A stretch of 61,737 nucleotides of DNA, the filler included. It is 6 parts of 6 records of this genome, joined end to end, with 100 filler letters (N's around TTAATTAATTAA, not from the genome) between each part and the next. Parts side by side here need not be neighbours in the genome. Positions count along the whole stretch, not along the records: positions 15,869 to 22,940 come from SRR20825019_2072; positions 23,041 to 37,106 come from SRR20825019_2079; 4 more parts are not named here. One strand, 5' to 3'. The position numbers were made by a program, and so were the translations under genes. Every line of letters begins with the position of its first letter. Positions within the stretch are counted from its first letter, which is position 1. This document shows positions 22,616 to 31,756 of this stretch, piece after piece. Under the pieces are notes generated by a model that saw only the letters and a list, made by a program, of their open reading frames with translations, was not told where the DNA came from and searched no databases.

Positions 22616-22940
22616 ATGAACAGAATCAGTAAAAAACTGGAAGAAAATAAAAAACTGTTATCCATCTATTTTACGGCAGGTTACCCAGCTATAGAAGATA
22701 CAGTACCCGTTATAGAAGCGCTTCAAGAAAGTGGAGTTGACATGCTCGAAATCGGACTCCCATTTTCCGATCCGCTGGCAGATGGTCCTACCATACAAGC
22801 AAGCTCTACGCAGGCACTTAAAAACGGAATGACTACAGAAAAGCTTTTTCAACAACTAAAAGATATTCGCAAAACAGTCCACATTCCGTTAATTATTATG
22901 GGGTATTTCAATCCTATTTTACAATATGGTGTAGAAGCTT
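22616..22940 (+). CDS. trpA: Tryptophan synthase alpha chain (truncated at contig end)
   Basis: YFTAGYP, EIGLPFSDPLADGPTIQ and MGYFNP motifs. Confidence 0.96.
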
Positions 22941-23040
22941 NNNNNNNNNNNNNNNNNNNNNNNNNNNNNNNNNNNNNNNNNNNNTTAATTAATTAANNNN
23001 NNNNNNNNNNNNNNNNNNNNNNNNNNNNNNNNNNNNNNNN
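22941..23040. other. Artificial contig spacer
   Basis: N44-TTAATTAATTAA-N44. Confidence 0.99.
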
Positions 23041-23070
23041 TCCCTTCACCCAAAAGTTTGCGACACTACC
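23041..23070 (-). mobile_element. Probable terminus of an IS6-family insertion sequence
   Basis: Reverse complement begins GGTAGTGTCGCAAA, similar to IS6-family ends such as IS26 (GGCACTGTTGCAAA). Monooxygenase homology starts exactly after it. Confidence 0.65.
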
Positions 23071-23636
23071 CGGATGACACGCCCTTTGTGAACGAGATCT
23101 TTGATCCGGCACAAACGGACCGCTTCCACGGTTTGCCGGAAGAGACGCGGGCGCAGACCCTGCACAGCCTTGCGGCCACAAACTATGCGGTGACCGATGC
23201 GGACCTGATCGAACACATCTACGAAACGCTTTATGCGCAGGACGTGCGCGGTGACAACCGTCTGGGCCTGCTTGCGGAGACGCGGGTGCAAGAGGCACAA
23301 CAGGCTGGTGCGCAGGTCAGGTTGCAGTTGTCAGGGCCGTCCGGGCCGCAGATCGCGGCCTACGACCTTGTGGTTCTGGGCACAGGTTACCGCCGGGCGC
23401 TGGACCAGTCGGTTCTGGCAGACCTGAGCCCGTGGCAGATCGCACAAGAGCCGGATCGCGACTATCGTTTGCCGATGAAGAAAACGTTCGAGCCGGGCAT
23501 TTTCGTTCAGGGCTTTAGCGAGCCGACACACGGGCTAAGCGACACATTGCTTTCGGTTCTGGCGCTGCGGTCGGACGAGATTGCCCAACAGCTTGAAACC
23601 CTCCACGGATCTGCGTCTGCCATCGCGGCCGAATAA
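23071..23636 (+). pseudogene. C-terminal part of an ornithine/lysine N-hydroxylase (PvdA/IucD/SidA family)
   Basis: DDTPFVNEIFDP, TNYAV.D, DLVVLGTGY and THGLSDTLLSVLA.R motifs. The 5' part is replaced by the IS-like end. Confidence 0.82.
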
Positions 23637-23818
23637 AGTGGTGTTCCGTCCCTGTGCCCTGCAGGGGCGGAAAGTACACGCATTTGGCGAAAATTCGCCC
23701 GCACCTACAGCTTGGCAGGTTGTGGTGCCTTTGGGTTCGGCGTAAAGGGGTCACAGGTCCACTCAGCTTATGCGCTAGGCAGACACTTTGTCCTGCCCTT
23801 TCCATTCAAGCGCAAAAG

Positions 23819-24394
23819 ATGGCTAAATCACAAAAACCTGTCCCCGCTGGCTGTGCTTTGACACGGCAAAAATTGCTGCGTCACCTGATTGACGAGCGTG
23901 AAATGCTGTTGTGCGATGCAATGCGCATCATCGGCAGTCGCGACCGCGCCGAAGACGTGGTCCAGGATGCGGCGATGCGCTGTCTCAGCAGCAAGGCCAT
24001 TGGCGCAGAGATCGCCAGCCCGCGCGGGTTCCTGCGCCGGATCGTGCGCAATCTGGCGCTGGATCATCGCCGCCGCGAGATCAGCGAACGGGTCACGCCG
24101 CTGGAGCTGGATGATGAGTTGTTATGCGACAGACCCACAGCCGAAACGCAGTTGCAGGACAGACAGCGGCTTGGCCGGCTGGCCAAAGGTCTGATGACAT
24201 TGCCCGCCCGCGAGTCCGACATTATTTTCGCGCATCGCCTGAGGGTCGAAAGCCAAAAGGATATTGCACGGCGACATGGGCTGTCACCTGCCAGAATAAA
24301 CGGGATCATTGCACAGACGCACGCCAAGCTGGCGGTTTATGTGGATGCGTTCGATCACAAGGACATGGTCGGGCAGGCCGATGAAAAGCGGTGA
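23819..24394 (+). CDS. ECF sigma-70 factor (FecI/PvdS-like)
   Basis: AEDVVQDA and FLRRIVRNLALDH.RR motifs; region 4 LPARE...SQKDIARRHGLS. Start set to ATG at 23819. Confidence 0.85.
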   Translation: MAKSQKPVPAGCALTRQKLLRHLIDEREMLLCDAMRIIGSRDRAEDVVQDAAMRCLSSKAIGAEIASPRGFLRRIVRNLALDHRRREISERVTPLELDDELLCDRPTAETQLQDRQRLGRLAKGLMTLPARESDIIFAHRLRVESQKDIARRHGLSPARINGIIAQTHAKLAVYVDAFDHKDMVGQADEKR

Positions 24395-24426
24395 CCCTAG
24401 GTTCGGACCGCCCGCAAACAGATACC

Positions 24427-26931
24427 CTACGGGTCGGTGGACTGGAGACCGGCAAGCGTAACACCGCGCTTTTCGCCGCTGGCAAGGACGGCTTTGCGCA
24501 CGGTTTCGCTTTGGTCCAGCAGGCGCCGGAAACGCGCCTCGTCAAGCACAAGAAGCGTCGAGGGCGCGATTGCCCGTACTTCGGCGCGGCGGGTCTTGTT
24601 CATCAGGATTGCCAACTGGCCGAACATCTCACCACGCCCCAGCCGCAGGGTTTTTCCTGCACTTTCCAGTTCGACCGCGCCCGAGGCAATAAAGAACACG
24701 CTCTTCGCCGTGCTGTCCTTGAGGATGATGGCATCTCCGGCGTTGACATAACGGGTCTGGAGGGCACGGCCCAACCGTTTCAGCGCAGTTTCGTCAAAAT
24801 CTGCGAACAGTGGAAACTGTTTCACGAGTTCCTCACGCTGAAGCGCGATGTCAAGGCGCGGACGATCTTCCGCCGCGGCGCGCCGTGCCGCCAGAGACTG
24901 CATAAGCGCGGTATAGACCTCGGCCCCGATCAGCCCGTCTTCGCGCATCGCCATGTATTCGCGTTCTTCAAAGCGCAACGCGGTGCGGCGGATAATGCGA
25001 CGTTCCAGTTTCTCGGCATAGCCGGGATATTGCAGGCGTAGCCCCTCGAGCGCGGTTTCCACAGCTTCGATCCGCCGCGACAGCAGCTCGTGCAACAGAT
25101 CGGCCACCCGCCGCCCATGGATGCGGACAATGCGATTGTCGATGAACACGCTCAGGTCGCGCAGGATCAGCCGCTGCGACAACAAAAGCTCGAACCTGTC
25201 CGCGGTCATACGGCCCAGCGGAGCAGGGAGGCGCAGCCGATTGCGCAACATCACGGCCAACCGGAAAACTTTGCCATAGACCACGCTGCGCCGTGCCGCG
25301 AGCTGGTATCCAGTGCGTCCGCCCGCCTGCGCCCCTTCGATAAGGCGGTCGGCGTCCGACAGAACCTGCTCTGCCATCCGGGCCGTGATCGTTCGTTCGC
25401 GCACCCGCGCCAGGATGGTGTCACGCTCATGACCGGCCAGAGCGATCAGCCCCAGCGTGATCCGGTCGCGATCCAGAATGCCGACGCTGTCCTCGGCGGC
25501 TTTTACGGTTTCGTCCAGCCGTTCGCCGAACTGCTTGGCCTCGGAGCGAACGATGTCGCGCGTCAGTTCGTAGTTTTCGGTGGCGCGTGCGACGTCCTCG
25601 CGCACGGTTTGCAGCGCAACCGCAACGACCTGCCGCGATAGCGCCTCGTCGATGGGGGACAGCCGGTCAAGCCCGAGCCAGCCGATCACGGACCGCAGCG
25701 TCGTACCCTGCACCACCAGTGTGAACAGCGTGAAGCCGGTGGCCAGAATGCCCACCACCCGTTTGACCTCGAGCGGCACGCGGAGGCTTTCGGTGACGGC
25801 CAACGCAAGCGCCAGCGTAACGGCGCCCCGAAGGCCACCCCAGAGGATGGCGACGCGGTAGGGCCTTTCGATGGCAGGCGATATCCGCAGGACGGTCAGA
25901 AGGGGCAGCAATCCGAACAAGATCAACGCCCGTGCCGCGATAGCGGCCACGATGACCACGCCGATCAAAGCGAAGTCTGTGATGCGCACCTCTTCCAGCA
26001 GGCGCGGGATCAGAAGGGCGGCAAGAATAAAGATCAACGCCCCCGCCCAATGGGCAAGGACACCCCAAAGCTCCCGCAGATTGGCCCAGGCCTGCGGCGG
26101 CAATCGTCCCGGCCCGGTCAGGTTCAGCGTCAGCCCCGCAGTGACGACCGCGATCACCCCCGACGCACCAATACTCTGCTCTGCGCCGATATAGACCAGA
26201 TACGGCAGGGCGACAGAGATTGAGATTTGCGCAAGTTCGTGGCCGTTGAACAGCGCCATGATCCAGACCGCGAGCCGTGCCGCCAGCCAGCCGGTCAGTG
26301 CGCCCCCGGCGATCAGCACCGGAAAGCGCATCAGCGCTTCGCTGAGGTTCGGGTCGGGCACGCCCAGCATCACGAAGCCGATGAAGAGGCCAAAGAGCGC
26401 GATGGCGGCCGCGTCATTCAGAAGGCTCTCACCCTCGATGATCCGCGCAAGACGGCGTGGCGCCGAGATCGAGCGAAAGATGGAGACAACTGCCGAAGGG
26501 TCAGTGGTTGATACGATGGCCCCGACCAGAAGACATGCCGCCAGCGGCAGCGAACTGGCCCATGAAAGCGCATAGCCCACTGTCAGCGTGGCGACCACCA
26601 CAGCAACGACAGCCAGAACGAGGATCGGGACCCAGTCGTCAAGCATTCGGCGCAGGTTCATCCCCAGCGTCGCCTGGAACAGCAACGTCGGCAGAAAGAC
26701 ATATAGGAAGACATTGGACCGGATCGGCAGCCCGAGGATCGCCTCGGCTACGGGATTCAGCGCGTCCGTCAAATCGGTGCGCAGAAAGAAGATCGAGCCG
26801 CCCCCGATCAGAATGCCAAGGATGGCAAGGATCACACTGTAAGGCAGGCGCAAACGCGCGGCGAGCGGCTCCGCCACGCCGATGACGAGGAAGAGTGAAG
26901 CAATGATCGTGGTAACCAGGACTATATCCAT
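24427..26931 (-). CDS. CPA1 Na+/H+ antiporter with C-terminal cyclic-nucleotide-binding domain
   Basis: TDPSAV, IEGESLLNDA and WGGLRGAV motifs. C-terminus LGRGEMFGQLAIL...RRAEVRA is a cNMP-binding signature. Confidence 0.9.
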   Translation of the reverse strand: MDIVLVTTIIASLFLVIGVAEPLAARLRLPYSVILAILGILIGGGSIFFLRTDLTDALNPVAEAILGLPIRSNVFLYVFLPTLLFQATLGMNLRRMLDDWVPILVLAVVAVVVATLTVGYALSWASSLPLAACLLVGAIVSTTDPSAVVSIFRSISAPRRLARIIEGESLLNDAAAIALFGLFIGFVMLGVPDPNLSEALMRFPVLIAGGALTGWLAARLAVWIMALFNGHELAQISISVALPYLVYIGAEQSIGASGVIAVVTAGLTLNLTGPGRLPPQAWANLRELWGVLAHWAGALIFILAALLIPRLLEEVRITDFALIGVVIVAAIAARALILFGLLPLLTVLRISPAIERPYRVAILWGGLRGAVTLALALAVTESLRVPLEVKRVVGILATGFTLFTLVVQGTTLRSVIGWLGLDRLSPIDEALSRQVVAVALQTVREDVARATENYELTRDIVRSEAKQFGERLDETVKAAEDSVGILDRDRITLGLIALAGHERDTILARVRERTITARMAEQVLSDADRLIEGAQAGGRTGYQLAARRSVVYGKVFRLAVMLRNRLRLPAPLGRMTADRFELLLSQRLILRDLSVFIDNRIVRIHGRRVADLLHELLSRRIEAVETALEGLRLQYPGYAEKLERRIIRRTALRFEEREYMAMREDGLIGAEVYTALMQSLAARRAAAEDRPRLDIALQREELVKQFPLFADFDETALKRLGRALQTRYVNAGDAIILKDSTAKSVFFIASGAVELESAGKTLRLGRGEMFGQLAILMNKTRRAEVRAIAPSTLLVLDEARFRRLLDQSETVRKAVLASGEKRGVTLAGLQSTDP

Positions 26932-27205
26932 GGTCCTGAATTAGCAGGGAAATGATGAGAGGGAAATCAGTATTGGAGGCGTTTTGTCCAGCGTCGGCAG
27001 AGATCCGGCAACGTGGACGGAAATGCCTCGTTTTTAGGTGAAGTGGGACAGGGTCAGTGCCAAAACATGCATTGCCCGCACGCTGTCGCGCGACACGTCG
27101 GCTCCGCGTTCCGGCGATGGCTTTTCAATCGCGCGCAAGCGCATTGAGACTCGGCGCATAGAGAAACCGGCGGTGGTGCACCGCCGCTTCCAGGGAGAAA
27201 TCAAC

Positions 27206-27663
27206 ATGTCACTGTGACCCGGATCGCACAGTTGCCGCAGGGCGGCTATGTTGTGGAAACCAGTATCGGCACCTGGACTAGCGATCATGTGGTGATCGCC
27301 ACGGGCGGCTATGACAAGCCGATCGAACCGGCCTATGTCGGCGCGTTGGACCCGACCATCGTGCAGATGCATTCGGTCGATTATCGCAATCCGTCGCAAT
27401 TGCCGGAGGGGGACGTTCTGATTGTCGGCACCGGCCAGTCCGGGGTGCAGATCATGGAGGATTTCGTGCGTGCGGGCAGGGGTGTGCATCTGGCTGTCGG
27501 CCCTGCACCGCGCAGCCCGCGCAAGTACCGCGGTCGCGATGCCAATGACTGGCTGAACACGTGGGGGTCAGGCCGCTTTCTGGGGATCGAAGAAGACAGC
27601 GCCTATCTGGCCGAACAGATTGCCCTGCAACTGCAAAGCGCCGGCAAGCGGGCTGTGGCGTGA
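27206..27663 (+). pseudogene. Deleted remnant of a flavin-dependent oxidoreductase (MSMEG_0569/Nit1C-type FMO-like)
   Basis: Keeps VVIATGGY, MHS.DYRNP..LP.G.VLIVGTGQSG.QI.ED, PRKYRGRD and C-terminal TWGSGRF. Lacks the N-terminal FAD GxGxxG motif and the middle section. Confidence 0.7.
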
Positions 27664-27717
27664 CGTCGGGCGACAGAGCGATGGTCTTGAAAAATCCCGC
27701 GTTCAAGGCAAGACACA

Positions 27718-28485
27718 TCACTCTCCGGGGCATTGAAAACGAAAGATGGTCGCGTTATCGGCTGGGTCGCGCAGGCGGGTCGCCTTTACGCGAAAGATCG
27801 AAGCCAGCCGCGCGGCGTCGAGCACCTCTCCGGGCGGGCCGCAGGCGACCATCCGGCCCTCGTCCATCACGGCGAGGCGGTCACATCCCATGGCCTGGTT
27901 GAGATCATGCAGCGCGATGATCACAGTGACCGGCAAATTGCCCACCAGCCGCAACAGCGATAGCTGGTGGTGGATATCAAGATGGTTGGTCGGTTCGTCC
28001 AGCATCAACAGGCGGGGTCTTTGCGCCAGGGCGCGGGCGATCTGGACCCGTTGGCGTTCACCACCTGAAAGGGTTGCCCACCTATGCTGTGTCATGTGGG
28101 CCATGCCCACAGCCTCCAGGGCTTCGTCGACGATGATCCGATCCTGAGGGCCAAAGGGTCTCAGCGCCGAAAGCCAGGGTGTGCGCCCCAGCTCGACCAC
28201 ATCGCGCACCGACAGCGCCTCGGAGGTTTCTGCAATCTGTTCCACGACTGCAATATTCTGCGCGATGTCTCGTCTGCTGAGGCTGGTCAGAGGTTGGCCC
28301 TCCAACATCACAGCACCGGACGGTCGCGCCAGAAGCCCGGCCAAAAGGCGCAGCAGCGTGGATTTACCAGAGCCGTTCGGACCGATCAGGCCGAATGTTT
28401 CGCCCGGCGTCACCTCGAACGAGACATTCTGAACAATGCGCCGCGCACCGGTCGCCCAGCCAAGAGAACGTGCTTCAAGCTTCAT
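27718..28485 (-). CDS. ABC transporter ATP-binding subunit (cobalamin/iron-chelate type)
   Basis: GPNGSGKST, LSGGERQR and DEPTNHLD motifs. True start is MKLEARS at 28485. Confidence 0.93.
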   Translation of the reverse strand: MKLEARSLGWATGARRIVQNVSFEVTPGETFGLIGPNGSGKSTLLRLLAGLLARPSGAVMLEGQPLTSLSRRDIAQNIAVVEQIAETSEALSVRDVVELGRTPWLSALRPFGPQDRIIVDEALEAVGMAHMTQHRWATLSGGERQRVQIARALAQRPRLLMLDEPTNHLDIHHQLSLLRLVGNLPVTVIIALHDLNQAMGCDRLAVMDEGRMVACGPPGEVLDAARLASIFRVKATRLRDPADNATIFRFQCPGE

Positions 28486-29522
28486 ATCCCTCTCCGGTTG
28501 CGCACAAGGATCATCGCAAAGCCCGGCGCTCCGACAAGGGCGGTGACCACGCCGATCGGCACGACCTGACCGGGGATCAGCATACGCGAGGCGATATCCG
28601 CCAGGATTAAGAACACGGCGCCCGCCAAGGCCGAGGCAGGCACAAGTCGTGCGTGCCGGGGGCCGACAACAAAGCGCATGGCATGTGGGATCACGAGGCC
28701 GACGAACCCGATGGAGCCGACCAGGCTGACCATTGTGGCAGTCATCAAGGTAACTGCGCCGATCAGCATAACCTGTACCTGACGCACCGCAATGCCAAGC
28801 GATGCCGCGGATGACACGCCAAAGGAAAACGCATCCATAGCCCGCGCAAACCAAAGACAGATCAGAAAGCCTATCGCCGTCACGGGTGCGGCCAGCACCA
28901 CATCCGGCCAGCGCACCCCCGACAGGTTGCCCAACAGCCAGAACATCAGACCGCGCGCCTGTTCGGCATTCGCCGATTTGGCAATCAGAAAAGAGGTCAG
29001 CGCGTTGAACAGTTGCGATCCGGCAATGCCAGCAAGCACCAACTGCGCCGAGCCGCCACCTGCGGCACGCGCCAGCATTGCGACCACGGCAAAGGCCAGC
29101 GCCGCCCCGATAAAGGCCCCGCCCGAAATCCCGAGCAGACCACCTCCGACACCCAGAATGGTGACGGCAACCGCGCCCGCCCCGGCACCGGCCGATACGC
29201 CCAGAAGGTATGGATCTGCCAGGGCATTGCGCACCAAAGCCTGCAGGACGACGCCCGACAGGGCCAGCCCCGCGCCGCACGCTGCGGCAACCAGAGTGCG
29301 CGGCAGCCGATAGCTCCAGATGATGCCCGCGTCGATAGGATCAACGTTCAGCCCGGCATTCCAGAGGTGGTTGGCAAAGGTCGCCGCCACCGTTGACAGC
29401 GGCAGCGGCGTTTCCCCGACAATGACACCTGCCAGAATGGCCAGTATCAACAGTGCCGCCCCTTGGGCAATCCACAGTCCATGGGCGCGCCGTGAAACGC
29501 CGGTGGCGGCCACATAGGTCAT
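28482..29522 (-). CDS. FecCD/BtuC family ABC permease
   Basis: RLPR, RNALADPYLLGVSAGA, IGFVGLVIPH and PIGVVTALVGAP motifs. Confidence 0.93.
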   Translation of the reverse strand: MTYVAATGVSRRAHGLWIAQGAALLILAILAGVIVGETPLPLSTVAATFANHLWNAGLNVDPIDAGIIWSYRLPRTLVAAACGAGLALSGVVLQALVRNALADPYLLGVSAGAGAGAVAVTILGVGGGLLGISGGAFIGAALAFAVVAMLARAAGGGSAQLVLAGIAGSQLFNALTSFLIAKSANAEQARGLMFWLLGNLSGVRWPDVVLAAPVTAIGFLICLWFARAMDAFSFGVSSAASLGIAVRQVQVMLIGAVTLMTATMVSLVGSIGFVGLVIPHAMRFVVGPRHARLVPASALAGAVFLILADIASRMLIPGQVVPIGVVTALVGAPGFAMILVRNRRGI

Positions 29523-30529
29523 TGCAGATCGAATTCCGGCAGGGCACCGGCCAAGGTTTCCAGCGCCGTGACATTGCGGATCGACGGGTCCATCGAATGT
29601 GCATTCAGGATGACGATGCGGTTGTTCTTGACCGCGTCCATCTGGCTGGCCACCGGATCGGTCCGCAGGAATTCCAGCTTTTTCTCGACATCATCCGCCT
29701 CGAAACGCCGCCGGTCCATCTCGGCCACCACAATCACCGACGGATTGGCGCGGGCAATGGATTCCCAGCTTACAACCGGCCATTCCTCGTCGCTTTCCAC
29801 AACATTCCGCAGCCCCAGCTTTTCCATCATATAGCCAGGAGGTCCCTTGCGCCCCGCGACATAGGGGTCAATGTCCATCTCGGTTGACGAGAACCAGAAC
29901 ACCGCCGAGGCATCCTGAAGATCGAGCGCCGCCGCAGTTTCGATTGCGGCCGCTTCGCGGGCTTTCAAATCCGCCACCAGAGCCTCGCCTTTTTCAGAGA
30001 CATCGAAGATCTGCGCAAGCTCCGTGACGCCTGCATAAATGCTGTCCATTTCGAACATGGCCAGTCGGGTGCCGTCCGATCCGGTGCTGTTGTCCTTGGC
30101 CCAGCAATCGGCGGGCAAGACATAGGTGGGAATGCCAAGATCGGTGAATTGGTCGCGCGTGGCGACGATGCCCTGGGGTCCGATATGCCATTCATATTGC
30201 GCGACGACGATGTCGGGGCGCTTGTCGACCACGGATTCAAAGCTGGGGTCATTGTCGGCCAGACGTTCGATGCCTGCATTCAACGCGGCAAATTCGGGCA
30301 ACACCTCGGTGAACCAGACCGACGTTCCGGCAACCTTGTCGCCAAGCCCCAGCGCATACAGAACCTCGGTTCCGGCCTGACCGACCGTCACCGCGGTTTC
30401 AGGGGCCGCCTCAAAGGTGACTTGGACGCCGCAGTTCTCAATCGTCAATGGATAGGTTGTCTGGGCCTGTGCCACGGGCGCAGACAAGGCCGCACCCAGC
30501 AGGGCCGCCGTCAGGGTTTTGTAGTACAT
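29519..30529 (-). CDS. Periplasmic substrate-binding protein (BtuF/iron-chelate type)
   Basis: Signal peptide MYYKTLTAALLG..AQA; YPLTIENCG and WESIARANP motifs. Confidence 0.9.
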   Translation of the reverse strand: MYYKTLTAALLGAALSAPVAQAQTTYPLTIENCGVQVTFEAAPETAVTVGQAGTEVLYALGLGDKVAGTSVWFTEVLPEFAALNAGIERLADNDPSFESVVDKRPDIVVAQYEWHIGPQGIVATRDQFTDLGIPTYVLPADCWAKDNSTGSDGTRLAMFEMDSIYAGVTELAQIFDVSEKGEALVADLKAREAAAIETAAALDLQDASAVFWFSSTEMDIDPYVAGRKGPPGYMMEKLGLRNVVESDEEWPVVSWESIARANPSVIVVAEMDRRRFEADDVEKKLEFLRTDPVASQMDAVKNNRIVILNAHSMDPSIRNVTALETLAGALPEFDLQ

Positions 30530-30669
30530 TGCATGTCTCCGGTGTGTGATGCGCCCGGAGACAAAGAGGGAATGACGAACCCATGGATGACCGGCACGGC
30601 AACCTGAACGGTTGATATGCGGGTGCTGGCAATGGTCGATGCCGGTGGGCACCGTGGGATGATTTTCAT
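30511..30669 (-). CDS. Putative 52-aa leader ORF overlapping the binding-protein start
   Basis: GGAGG-N6-ATG start; open for 52 codons (MKIIPRCPP...MQCTTKP*); stops 18 nt inside the downstream gene. Confidence 0.35.
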   Translation of the reverse strand: MKIIPRCPPASTIASTRISTVQVAVPVIHGFVIPSLSPGASHTGDMQCTTKP

Positions 30670-30711
30670 TCGACACCTCCCCGGACTCCCCGCCCGGGCC
30701 GCGTTACGTTG

Positions 30712-30885
30712 ATGTCGGCAGGTCTCCTGACTGGCGAGTCTTCACGGCAGCGGCCTTCCCATGGCGCGGTGGCCACAGTGGCATGATCGCTGTACGCTCG
30801 TCGCCTACAGTTGCGGGGGCAGTTCCGGTTCACCGGCGGACCGGTGGAGGATTCCCTTTTGATTCCATACGGAAACCGACAGTTC
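30712..30885 (-). ncRNA. Cobalamin (AdoCbl) riboswitch
   Basis: Minus strand carries AAAAGGGAA, CCGGAACTGCCCCCGCAACTGT, GCCACTG, GGGAAGG and the B12 box GCCAGTCAGGAGACCTGCC. Confidence 0.95.
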
Positions 30886-31000
30886 TATTTCTAGTTGGCA
30901 ATTCCGGCTGTCGCAATGGCTCATTCTGGTCTGGCATCCGTGAAACTCTGCGCTGCTGGACGGATCGCGTCCCGTCGGAAATGCTGGCGATACCACGCCG

Positions 31001-31756
31001 CTAGGGTTCAGTGATTTGTCTCCGCAGCAGATAGGTGTCCATGATCCAGCCATGCTGTGCCCGTGCCTGTGCCCGCATTTGGATGATCTGCTGTGCGACA
31101 TCACCAATGCGACCGTGCGCCAGGATCTGCTCGGGCATACCCAGGAAGGCCCCCCACCAGATGTGGGTATCGGGCGGTAGCGTTTGAAAAGCACAGTCAC
31201 CGTCCAGCATAACAACCAAAGTCTCGGCGTCTTGCGGCCATCCGTGATCGCGCAGCCGTCGCCCGGTGGTGATGGTCACAGGACCGTTGAGCGTGTTCAA
31301 CGTCAGTACATGCGCCGCCGTCAGGGCCTGAATGGCGGTGATGCCCGGCACAACCCGCAGGCGCGGCGCGGGGCTGAGCCGTCGGGCAATGCGCAGCGTG
31401 CTGTCGTACAAGGACGGATCGCCCCAGACCAAAAGCCCCACAGGCCCCGCCCGATCCGTTCCGGTCAGCGCGCTTTGCCAGCGGCGGGCAATCTCGTCAT
31501 GCCAGCGCGCAACCCTTTCGACATAGGGCAGGGCAGGATCACGCTCAGGATAGTCAAAGGGGACAACCTGCGCCTTCGTGCCGCTGGCTTTCAGGATGGC
31601 GCGGCGCAATGCGGCCAGGTCGTCCTTGCCTGCACCCTTTTCGGGCACCAGAACGACAGAGACATCGCGCAAGGCCTGCATGCCCTCGGCGGTGACATGG
31701 GCCGGGCTGCCTGTGCCTATTCCGATCAGCCAGACATCCAGGGGTGCATCGCTCAT
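31001..31756 (-). CDS. cobF: Precorrin-6A synthase (deacetylating)
   Basis: LIGIGTGSP.H.T, LVWGDPSLYDS, TTGRRL and GWIMDTYLL motifs. Confidence 0.93.
   Translation of the reverse strand: MSDAPLDVWLIGIGTGSPAHVTAEGMQALRDVSVVLVPEKGAGKDDLAALRRAILKASGTKAQVVPFDYPERDPALPYVERVARWHDEIARRWQSALTGTDRAGPVGLLVWGDPSLYDSTLRIARRLSPAPRLRVVPGITAIQALTAAHVLTLNTLNGPVTITTGRRLRDHGWPQDAETLVVMLDGDCAFQTLPPDTHIWWGAFLGMPEQILAHGRIGDVAQQIIQMRAQARAQHGWIMDTYLLRRQITEP

Noticed and set aside
28486-29280. Long N-terminal extension of the ABC ATPase (520-aa ORF); similar extensions on cobB, cobL and cobK
   Set aside because: The extensions overlap neighbouring genes in other frames; family homology begins at the internal Met
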